Below are positions 26,388 to 32,402 of a stretch of DNA of 32,402 nucleotides, piece after piece. The translations under genes were made by a program, and so were the position numbers. The first letter of the stretch is position 1; every line of letters starts with the position of its first letter. The notes beneath the pieces are model-generated. The model was not told the origin of the DNA. It did not search any database and saw only the letters and a program-made list of their open reading frames with translations. Origin of the DNA: a virus; IMG/VR virus record IMGVR_UViG_3300045988_151696, positions 1 through 32,402 of that record; one strand, 5' to 3'.

Positions 26388-26564
26388 TTATATATTCACG
26401 GCAACATATTTCGTCCGCCGCAAAACATTATTTTTATATCTCCATACGCCCACGCGGACACTCTGCGCTTTCACTCCGAGCATTTGCGCAAGTTCTTCCG
26501 CCGTGTCCGCCACGGCAACAGGCAATTCAAACTTGTCTGCCGTAACAGCCATATATACTGTCAT
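26388..26564 (-). CDS. Unlisted 58-aa HTH protein (HTH_17 / Xis-AlpA-like).
   Basis: It is below the 60-aa cut-off of the supplied track. RBS AAAGGTGG precedes the ATG. The AEELAQMLGVKAQSVRVGVWRY helix-turn-helix was translated by hand. Confidence 0.45.
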   Translation of the reverse strand: MTVYMAVTADKFELPVAVADTAEELAQMLGVKAQSVRVGVWRYKNNVLRRTKYVAVNI

Positions 26565-26585
26565 TTTATACCACCTTTATAAAAA

Positions 26586-26879
26586 TTACAGTCGTTCTGC
26601 ATTGCCGCAAGTAGATTCCATGTTCGTTATAGCCCGGATATCTTTTCGACAATACATCATTATTGCATGGTCGTGCGCAAAAATAAAAAAGTTTCTGCAC
26701 TCCCAACATTGGATTCCTCGACGGGTAAACTTACGTTTGCGAAGTCCGAGTTTTGCCGCCCGCGTCTCAATCGACTTAACACGGCGGTCGAGAATGTCCG
26801 CTATCTCGGAATTAGAATAATTTCTGTAATTCGCGATAAGCCATTCATCTTCCCTGCGGGACCATCTTCCTGCATTCAC
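26586..26879 (-). CDS. GcrA-like / Myb-SANT-like HTH DNA-binding protein with a C-terminal Cys cluster. It is a possible transcriptional activator.
   Basis: RWSRREDEWLIANY...SEIADILDRRVKSIETRAAKLGL matches the W-S-x-EED...IA..L..R......R..KLGL pattern. The second GTG was chosen as start, after RBS AGAGGTGG. Confidence 0.45.
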   Translation of the reverse strand: MNAGRWSRREDEWLIANYRNYSNSEIADILDRRVKSIETRAAKLGLRKRKFTRRGIQCWECRNFFIFAHDHAIMMYCRKDIRAITNMESTCGNAERL

Positions 26880-26900
26880 GGTTACCACCTCTTTTATTTG

Positions 26901-26984
26901 TTATCTGCAAACAATACAGGAAACTATGTACAGCGCAATCAATGCGAGGGTAAGAAGAACATCGCGCTTTTGAATTTTTCGCAT
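26901..26984 (-). CDS. Possible 27-aa hydrophobic peptide (MRKIQKRDVLLTLALIALYIVSCIVCR).
   Basis: A perfect RBS AAAGGAGG lies 7 nt before the ATG. It is too short for the supplied track. This is speculative. Confidence 0.25.
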   Translation of the reverse strand: MRKIQKRDVLLTLALIALYIVSCIVCR

Positions 26985-26999
26985 TTTTCTTTCCTCCTT

Positions 27000-27374
27000 T
27001 CAACTGAATGAGCCTGTCACGGTCAAATTTTCTACGTTCAGAAAATACTGTTTTTCGCCGAGACAGACATCTTTAAGAGGGCAGTCGATTTCAGAACAGA
27101 CGTTGCCGATGTAATCGGGGTGAGGGCGGCAAAGCCATTGAATCTCTACCAGAGTTGCCGGCAGGCTCTTTCTCCGTCCGTCTCCGTCCATTGCCGCATG
27201 GAACATTACAGGTAATATCCCGTATGTGTTGAAAAATTTCGCAACACCCTCTTCCGAGTATGTTTGTTTGAAATCTTCGAACATCTTCGCTCTGTTATGC
27301 GTGGAGACAAGTCGTCCGTTTACCGATATATAAACGTGCTCGGGAGAAGCGAAAATAAGATAGTTAAGTGTCAT
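27000..27374 (-). CDS. Hypothetical protein, 124 aa.
   Basis: ATG at 27374 has RBS GGAGG and an ATGA overlap with the upstream gene. Confidence 0.45.
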   Translation of the reverse strand: MTLNYLIFASPEHVYISVNGRLVSTHNRAKMFEDFKQTYSEEGVAKFFNTYGILPVMFHAAMDGDGRRKSLPATLVEIQWLCRPHPDYIGNVCSEIDCPLKDVCLGEKQYFLNVENLTVTGSFS

Positions 27375-27622
27375 ACTGTCACCGCCTCCTCTTCGCGCTT
27401 GCGTTTCCACTCTTCAAAACGACGGTTGTTTTCAGGGTCTTCGAAAAACTTCAATATCATAGGTTCAAGCGTTCTCATGAGAGGGCGAAAAGCAATCCTC
27501 GAAGCCTTGTCAAAATCAATGTCCGTGATAGGTGTACTGCGAAAATCAATCTTTTTGTCTTTTTTCAGCTCGACCGTCTTTGTCTCTGAAAAATGATAAA
27601 ATTCTAATGTTGGGGTTAGCAT
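27371..27622 (-). CDS. Hypothetical protein, 83 aa.
   Basis: An ATG start follows RBS AAGGAG. Confidence 0.45.
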   Translation of the reverse strand: MLTPTLEFYHFSETKTVELKKDKKIDFRSTPITDIDFDKASRIAFRPLMRTLEPMILKFFEDPENNRRFEEWKRKREEEAVTV

Positions 27623-27654
27623 TTTTTTCTCCTTAAAATAACTTTACAGGTTAC

Positions 27655-27852
27655 TTATTCTGCAAAAAAAATCGGCATCGGGTTTTTAACTTCTAAAACG
27701 GAGACGATTTTTTTTACCTCGTCAGTTCCAAAAATCCCCGTTTTCATCCTTCTTGTTAATGTCGATCTGCTCATTCCAATTTTTTTTGCAAGCTCATCCT
27801 TTGTATAACCTTTTGCCGCAAGAGCAGAATTAAATAGTAATTTGTTGAACAT
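27655..27852 (-). CDS. Cro-like HTH regulator, first gene of the early lytic operon.
   Basis: YTKDELAKKIGMSRSTLTRRMK is a helix-turn-helix. It is 65 aa and divergent from the repressor gene. RBS is AAAGGAG. Confidence 0.65.
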   Translation of the reverse strand: MFNKLLFNSALAAKGYTKDELAKKIGMSRSTLTRRMKTGIFGTDEVKKIVSVLEVKNPMPIFFAE

Positions 27853-27867
27853 TACGCAATCTCCTTT

Positions 27868-27887
27868 TAACTAACTAACTAACTAAC
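27868..27887. repeat. (TAAC)x5 tandem tetranucleotide repeat (GTTA x5 on the minus strand) in the 5' leader of the cro-like gene.
   Basis: Read directly as ttaactaactaactaactaacc. Every frame on both strands contains a stop codon. Confidence 0.9.
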
Positions 27888-27903
27888 CTGTGGGGTCACA
27901 AGA

Positions 27904-27932
27904 ATAATAACACATTAAAAATAACTTGTCAA
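27904..27932 (-). promoter_or_regulatory. Early lytic promoter candidate (minus strand TTGACA-N17-TATTAT) driving cro and the early operon.
   Basis: The plus-strand tgtcaa at 27927-32 and ataata at 27904-09 are 17 nt apart. The -35 overlaps the palindrome ACTTGTCAAGT. Confidence 0.45.
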
Positions 27933-27960
27933 GTCATTTTTGAATTTTTTCTGTTTATTG

Positions 27961-27989
27961 TTGACACTTAACAAACAGTATGGTATACT
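27961..27989 (+). promoter_or_regulatory. Repressor promoter TTGACA-N17-TATACT.
   Basis: The hexamers were read directly. It lies 30 nt upstream of the repressor ATG at 28021. Confidence 0.5.
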
Positions 27990-28020
27990 AACTGTACAAG
28001 TTACACAAGAGGGGTACATT

Positions 28021-28485
28021 ATGACTATTGGTGAAAAACTATTAATGTTACGCACACGCGAACAAAAAACAAGGGAAGATGTAGCAAAGAGCGTTGGGGT
28101 TTCTCCTCAGGCTATATACAAATATGAAACAGGTATTATCACAAACATTCCACTTGACAGGATTGCGGCGTTTTCAAGATTATATAATGTAACACCGTCT
28201 TATCTCATGGGATGGGAAGACAGTTCTTCTCCTCTTTCGGAAGAAGAAAAGAAACTTATCCTCGCCTATCGTGCACACCCTGAAATGCAAGACGCTGTAA
28301 ACAGACTTCTCGGCATAGAAAAACAGCCGGAGAGAAAACTCTCTCCGACCGTTTCGGATATTAAGCCAAAAACATATATCGTAAGAACAGCGGGACGCGG
28401 CGAGGGCGTCAAAGACGTCGAAATGACAGAAGAAGAAATCGAGTTTTACAAAAATCTTCCCGACGTTGATGAAACCGATCTTTAA
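28021..28485 (+). CDS. CI-like XRE-family repressor (ImmR-like), 154 aa.
   Basis: IGEKLLMLRTREQKTREDVAKSVGVSPQAIYKYETG is an XRE helix-turn-helix. It is divergent from cro and paired with the ImmA-like protease. ATG at 28021 has RBS AGAGGGG. The track start at 27940 lies upstream of the promoter. Confidence 0.75.
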   Translation: MTIGEKLLMLRTREQKTREDVAKSVGVSPQAIYKYETGIITNIPLDRIAAFSRLYNVTPSYLMGWEDSSSPLSEEEKKLILAYRAHPEMQDAVNRLLGIEKQPERKLSPTVSDIKPKTYIVRTAGRGEGVKDVEMTEEEIEFYKNLPDVDETDL

Positions 28486-29045
28486 TAATAGCCCTTTATC
28501 GTTCTGATATATCCTCTGAATTGAGCAACAAGGCGGTGTCTTTCCGCGGTAAAATCTAATTCATTCCACCATTGATACCAAGACTGTAAATAACGCAGTC
28601 TTCTGTTTGCAACCGCTCGGCTGACGTCGCATAGGTGCATTATCTGCTCTGCCTCCGTGACCCCAAGGGCTTCAAGTATACACAAAGGAGCGAGTAACCG
28701 CTCTGCAAAAGCATTCGCTTCGCGTTCCTCGACCGCCGAAAAGACAGATCGTTCTATTTCTTCTGTCTTGCAAGCCTCGATATGTCCGAGCATTATGTGT
28801 CCGAGTTCGTGCGCGATAGTAAATCTCTTTCTGCGTCGCAAGCCGTTTCTCTTGATAAAGATATACGGTTTTCCCTCATGTACCTGACAGCAACCTTCGC
28901 GCATATCTTCGTCAGGTAGGTATTTGATTTTTATTCCTCGCGACTGACACAAGCCTACCATATTTATCGGAAACTCGTTTATCTTTGATTCGAACAACAC
29001 TCGAAATACGATCTCACTTAACTTGTCATAGTCCGGGTCTCTCAT
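28482..29045 (-). CDS. ImmA/IrrE-family zinc metallopeptidase (anti-repressor protease).
   Basis: The HEXXH motif AHELGHIMLGH is present. It is 187 aa and convergent with the repressor. The two stop codons share the tetranucleotide TTAA at 28482..28485. Confidence 0.75.
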   Translation of the reverse strand: MRDPDYDKLSEIVFRVLFESKINEFPINMVGLCQSRGIKIKYLPDEDMREGCCQVHEGKPYIFIKRNGLRRRKRFTIAHELGHIMLGHIEACKTEEIERSVFSAVEEREANAFAERLLAPLCILEALGVTEAEQIMHLCDVSRAVANRRLRYLQSWYQWWNELDFTAERHRLVAQFRGYIRTIKGYY

Positions 29046-29149
29046 TTTGCAATTCCTTTCTTTTTTTTTATTTTTTGCACGGACTATGCAATTATAACAA
29101 AAATGAGAGCTTAAAAGAAACAGAACTATTTTCCGTAGGAGTAATTTTT

Positions 29150-30745
29150 ATGAAAAAAGAAATAAAGGAAGAACCAAAAAAGAAAGCGGTCGTTTATGCC
29201 CGATATTCAAGTCACCGGCAGGGAGAACAGAGCATCGAGGGGCAGCTTGCGGAAGCGTATAAGTATGCTGCGGCACACGGTATCAAGATTATACACGAAT
29301 ATATCGACCGTGCAATGACGGGGCGAAATGATAATCGCGAACAATTTCAAAAAATGCTTCGAGATACGGCAAAAAAACAGTTTGAAACGATTATACTTTG
29401 GAAAATCGACCGTTTCGGACGCAATAGGGAAGAAATAGCCTTCAATAAGTACCGTTGTAAGAAAAACGGCGTCAAAGTTGTTTACGTCGCGGAAAGCATT
29501 CCCGACAGCCCCGAGGGTGTCATCCTCGAAAGTGTGCTTGAAGGCATGGCGGAATATTACAGCCTGCAATTATCGCAAAATATTCGACGCGGACAGCGGG
29601 CAAGCGCGGAGAAATGTCAATGCACGGGCGGCAACCGCCCGCTCGGGTATCGAACCGACCCGAAAACCAAGAAATTTGTTATTGACGAAGAGACTGCGCC
29701 GACCGTCAAGATGATATTCGAGATGTACGCGAACGGAATACCTCTCGCCGATATAATAAGAACGGTGAACAATAAGGGGTTGCGAACGCTTCGGGGAAAT
29801 AAATTTAACAAAAACAGTTTTAAGCGGCTTTTGAAGAACGAGAAATATATAGGCGTATACAAATACAAAGACGATATACTTGTTGAGGGCGGAATACCCG
29901 CCATTATTGATAAAGAAACATTCGAGAGGGTGCAAGAAATGTTAAAAAAGAATCAGACGGCAAGATCCGCAAAAGGAAAGAAAGCAGATTTTTTACTTAC
30001 CGATAAAATTTTTTGCGGACGCTGCGGAGAACCGATGATAGGGGAGAGCGGCGTCGGCAAGACCGGCAAGGTGTACTATTACTACACTTGCACCGACAGA
30101 AAAAACAAAAAACAGGCTTGCAAAAAGAAGCCCGTTCCAAAAGATAAGATTGAAAAACTCGTAATTAACAAAATCGCGGAGATACTGCACAATGAAGATC
30201 TCCTCGATATGATTATTGATAAAGTATATGCCGTGTACCGCGAGGAGCACAACAACGACGATGAGCGAATCATGCTCAACAAAAAACTTGCTGAGATACA
30301 TCTTGCGCAGGAAAACATCCTGAAAGCGATCGAGCAGGGAATGATCAGCCCGTTATTCAAGGACAGAACAGCCGAGTTGACAGCGCAGCAGTCAGAAATA
30401 GAAAGCGAACTCGCGTCCATCGAAGCGCAAGAAAAAATACAGTTGACAAAAGAGCATATACGTTTCTTCCTTGAAGATCTCGCTTCAAAGGATATTGACG
30501 ATACGGACGTACAAAAGAAACTTATAGATACGTTTCTCAATGCCGTTTTTGTCTATGACGAAAGTGTTACATTTGCATTCAATTACTCCAATAACGGAGA
30601 AAAAGTCACCCTCTCCGAAGTTGATAATATCAACGGTTCAGGTGACTTTTTCGAGTGCGGTATCAATGGTGGAGAATTGCGCCCGTCACTCGAACTCTTT
30701 ATAGTCTACAAGAATGTATTCTTAACCACGTCCGCATTGCGATGA
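29150..30745 (+). CDS. int: Large serine recombinase (phage integrase), 531 aa.
   Basis: The N-terminal resolvase catalytic domain VVYARYSSHRQ..SIEGQ has a Ser nucleophile. A recombinase domain, a Cys-rich zinc-ribbon (CGRCGEP...CTDRKNKKQAC) and a C-terminal coiled coil follow. ATG at 29150 has RBS GTAGGAG. Confidence 0.9.
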   Translation: MKKEIKEEPKKKAVVYARYSSHRQGEQSIEGQLAEAYKYAAAHGIKIIHEYIDRAMTGRNDNREQFQKMLRDTAKKQFETIILWKIDRFGRNREEIAFNKYRCKKNGVKVVYVAESIPDSPEGVILESVLEGMAEYYSLQLSQNIRRGQRASAEKCQCTGGNRPLGYRTDPKTKKFVIDEETAPTVKMIFEMYANGIPLADIIRTVNNKGLRTLRGNKFNKNSFKRLLKNEKYIGVYKYKDDILVEGGIPAIIDKETFERVQEMLKKNQTARSAKGKKADFLLTDKIFCGRCGEPMIGESGVGKTGKVYYYYTCTDRKNKKQACKKKPVPKDKIEKLVINKIAEILHNEDLLDMIIDKVYAVYREEHNNDDERIMLNKKLAEIHLAQENILKAIEQGMISPLFKDRTAELTAQQSEIESELASIEAQEKIQLTKEHIRFFLEDLASKDIDDTDVQKKLIDTFLNAVFVYDESVTFAFNYSNNGEKVTLSEVDNINGSGDFFECGINGGELRPSLELFIVYKNVFLTTSALR

Positions 30746-30747
30746 TT

Positions 30748-30942
30748 TTATTTTTTCAAAAACGCTTCGACCGCTTCTCTTACGATCTGCGCCTGAGAAA
30801 TACCCTCGCGGACGCACTTTGTCTTAAACTCTTCGACCATTGCCTTTGGTAGGCAAACTGTTATTGTGCCGTATGTCTTTGCGTTATAGCGTCTTTTGAC
30901 CGCAGAAGACGTCTTTGTTTTACGCTTCTTCTCTTCTTCCAT
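30748..30942 (-). CDS. Ribbon-helix-helix (CopG/Arc-type) small DNA-binding protein.
   Basis: YGTITVCLPKAMVEEFKTKCVREGISQAQIVREAVEAFL fits a beta-strand followed by two helices. ATG at 30942 has RBS GGAGTGG. It is convergent with int. Confidence 0.55.
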   Translation of the reverse strand: MEEEKKRKTKTSSAVKRRYNAKTYGTITVCLPKAMVEEFKTKCVREGISQAQIVREAVEAFLKK

Positions 30943-31090
30943 TTTGCCACTCCCAAACTGTTCTGAATATATCCACAACGAGAATTATAAGATTGAGAAT
31001 TATACCGATTTTAAGCAGCGTTGTCATGCCGTAATATGCAGAAAGCATAAGCAGTATAAACATGGAAAATAAATTATTTCTTTTTCTCAC

Positions 31091-31119
31091 TTGAAAAACC
31101 TCCTTATTTGTGTTATAAT
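31091..31119 (+). promoter_or_regulatory. Candidate promoter TTGAAA-N17-TGtTATAAT. The predicted transcript begins at the GC-rich tandem hairpins.
   Basis: Hexamers and spacing were read directly. No ORF follows for about 280 nt. Confidence 0.35.
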
Positions 31120-31125
31120 ACTATT

Positions 31126-31155
31126 GCCCCCTAAGGGGGCGGGGCTTTCGCCCCG
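31126..31155. other. Tandem GC-rich palindromes gcccccTAAgggggc and ggggcTTTCgcccc in an AT-rich non-coding region about 400 bp downstream of int.
   Basis: Read directly. Three readings are possible: an sRNA or leader structure, a terminator, or an attP core for the serine integrase. Confidence 0.5.
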
Positions 31156-31404
31156 CTTTGCCTACCACTTTCGGATGAGTGTTATCAAAGAGATTATTGC
31201 GGTAATGACCTTGATAATGAACTCTGCTATCTCAAAAGCGGTAGGCTTTTCTTTTCGCTTTTTCATTTTTAACACATCCTTTGTTCTTTATGTATATATT
31301 ATACCATACTTTCAGTGTCAATGGGTTTTAAGTGCACAATTTGTAACATATTAAAAATACAACAATTTTGTATTTTAAGAAAAATAAATTTAAGGAGTGT
31401 TTTT

Positions 31405-31686
31405 ATGTTTAATGACATTTCGGCAAAGATCAAGGCATCGGCGCAGGTTCTTATCTGGCTGGGTATTCTCGCTTCATTCGTTTGGGGTACCGTGATTCTC
31501 TCTTCGACAGAATCATATACAGGTGTCGTTGTGATGGTCGTCGGTTCAATTTCGTCATGGATTCTATCTTTTTGTATGTATGGACTCGGACAACTGGTAG
31601 AGAATACGGAAATATTGATAAACAAAAATTGCGAAGAAAAAACAGATAGTCCTATGAGCGATAATTGCGAAGCCGTTGAAAAATAG
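31405..31686 (+). CDS. Small membrane protein, 93 aa, with two predicted transmembrane helices.
   Basis: RBS TAAGGAG lies 8 nt before the ATG. Hydrophobic segments are VLIWLGILASFVWGTVIL and VVVMVVGSISSWILSFCMYGL. This gene is preferred over the antisense ORF 31299..31760. Confidence 0.55.
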   Translation: MFNDISAKIKASAQVLIWLGILASFVWGTVILSSTESYTGVVVMVVGSISSWILSFCMYGLGQLVENTEILINKNCEEKTDSPMSDNCEAVEK

Positions 31687-31706
31687 AAGCATTTAAGACA
31701 CAAAAA

Positions 31707-31737
31707 AACACCGACAAACACAAGGTTTGTCGGTGTT
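31707..31737. terminator. Bidirectional intrinsic terminator: a 13-bp stem aacaccgacaaac / gtttgtcggtgtt, with an A-tract before and a T-tract after.
   Basis: Read directly. It lies after the stops of both 31405..31686 (+) and 31744..31920 (-). Confidence 0.65.
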
Positions 31738-31743
31738 TTCTCC

Positions 31744-31920
31744 TTATGCAAGAAAATCACTCTCTCGCACCCTCTTTACAACATCCTCAATCGTCGGACA
31801 GGTCGTCTTATATATCTTCAAGCACACGCCCGACGTACCCTCACGACGATATACATTCCAATGGTTCTTTTTCTCTTCAACCGTAAATTCTTTTTCGTTC
31901 TTAACGATATACAACGACAT
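31744..31920 (-). CDS. Unlisted 58-aa hypothetical protein (MSLYIVKNEKEFTVEEKKNHWNVYRREG...).
   Basis: A perfect RBS GGAGG lies 5 nt before the ATG. It was translated by hand and is below the track cut-off. It ends at the bidirectional terminator. Confidence 0.4.
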   Translation of the reverse strand: MSLYIVKNEKEFTVEEKKNHWNVYRREGTSGVCLKIYKTTCPTIEDVVKRVRESDFLA

Positions 31921-31980
31921 TGCCTCCTACAATATTTTCCATATTATAGTACAATGCCTTAAAAAAGTCAATACCAAAGT

Positions 31981-32006
31981 AAAGGGGCTGTAAAAACAGC
32001 CCCTTT
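31981..32006. terminator. Hairpin aaaggggctg-taaaaa-cagcccctttc, terminator-like.
   Basis: A 10-bp perfect stem with a 6-nt loop lies in an AT-rich non-coding stretch. Confidence 0.45.
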
Positions 32007-32283
32007 CATCTTTACTTCAAGTATTCCGCCGAAACAAAATCTCCCATATCTTTTTTTTCGTTGAATATAGACGCTCTTATAAAATTTCTATATTTTTCAT
32101 TTATTACTCTTCCTGCATAGTCTACACATATACATATATATAGAAATATATTTAATAATAGCATTAAATGCTCTTTGTTTTTACTCAAAGATTATTTCTA
32201 TTAGAAACGGTTCCACTCAACAACAATGTTGATGTCTTACCCGTATAACCAGCCTTAAAAAACATTGAAATCTATTTTTACTA

Positions 32284-32402
32284 ACTTTTTTTATTGACAA
32301 ACCAATTTATTTTTTATATAATGGAGATACGAAAATGCTAAACGAGGGAGTAAATGATATGACAGCAGCAATCTATGCAATAAATGACATTTTAAAAGAG
32401 CC
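32284..32402. repeat. Right copy of the terminal direct repeat, identical to 1..119. It contains a second copy of the TTGACA-N17-TATAAT promoter and the start of ORF 52..240.
   Basis: Exact identity was read directly. Confidence 0.95.

Noticed and set aside
26086-26820. 244-aa plus-strand ORF
   Set aside because: It is antisense to the pcfK-like, HTH and GcrA-like genes, and none of the forward-strand RBS and start logic fits it.
27940-28020. Track start of the repressor at 27940
   Set aside because: That start lies upstream of the TTGACA-N17-TATACT promoter. The ATG at 28021 has an RBS and begins directly at the HTH.
28985-29149. Track start of the integrase at 28985
   Set aside because: The extension is a non-ATG start overlapping immA. 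The resolvase domain begins right after ATG 29150 (RBS GTAGGAG).
31299-31760. 153-aa minus-strand ORF
   Set aside because: It overlaps the better-supported plus-strand membrane protein gene 31405..31686 (strong RBS) and spans a bidirectional terminator.
32007-32283. AT-rich 270-bp non-coding stretch with (AT)n-like runs, as a replication origin or cos site
   Set aside because: There is no supporting repeat structure or adjacent initiator. It may simply be a cargo-junction spacer or UP-element region for the 11..39 promoter. It is kept only as an alternative attP location in the findings.
1-32402. Terminal 119-bp direct repeats as prophage attL/attR
   Set aside because: The integrase is a serine recombinase, which makes short crossover cores. 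The repeats are long, exactly identical and cut off by the window. They also contain a promoter and gene start. This is better explained by circular or permuted contig overlap.
1-32402. CRISPR arrays, tRNA or tmRNA genes, transposases or IS elements, DGR or retron reverse transcriptases
   Set aside because: No regularly spaced direct repeats, no tRNA-like cloverleaf candidates in non-coding gaps, and no RT or transposase-like ORFs were seen.

Overview
The window reads as an essentially complete temperate siphovirus-like phage genome of about 32.3 kb from a low-GC Gram-positive (Firmicutes-type) host. Ribosome-binding sites are of the AAAGGAGG type and most genes are tightly coupled, often with ATGA overlaps.

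The first 119 bases (1..119) are identical to the last 119 (32284..32402), so the unique sequence is 32,283 bp. This fits a circular or permuted contig better than attL/attR sites, because the integrase is a large serine recombinase.

All core phage genes are on the minus strand in two blocks. The late block runs 17422 down to 931. It encodes an HNH endonuclease, small and large terminase, portal, prohead protease and major capsid. These are followed by the connector, head closure protein, gp10-like protein, tail terminator and major tail protein. Next come the tail chaperone G with a -1 frameshifted G-T product, the tape measure, Dit and Tal. The block ends with a 759-aa tail fibre carrying a C-terminal M14 zinc-carboxypeptidase-like domain, two small membrane proteins (holins) and a zinc-peptidase endolysin.

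The early block runs 27852 down to 18614. It encodes a Cro-like HTH protein, a PcfK/PcfJ pair, a DUF3102 protein, an ASCH protein, SSB, a HUH-type rolling-circle Rep and a VRR-NUC nuclease.

Plus-strand genes are the lysogeny and cargo genes. These are a CI-like XRE repressor that converges on an ImmA-like metalloprotease and a 531-aa serine integrase. There are also two AT-richer moron-like cassettes, each behind a consensus TTGACA-N17-TATAAT promoter and ending at a hairpin terminator. One cassette (52..875) is a 62-aa protein translationally coupled to a 212-aa protein with PARP/DarT-like H-Y-E ADP-ribosyltransferase signatures. The other (17603..18561) is a very acidic 140-aa protein (net charge about -24) followed by a protein with an N-terminal ribbon-helix-helix. 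These two cassettes are the best candidates for an undescribed accessory system (defence, anti-defence or lysogenic conversion).

All functional assignments rest on motifs read by eye and on gene order. No database search was run.
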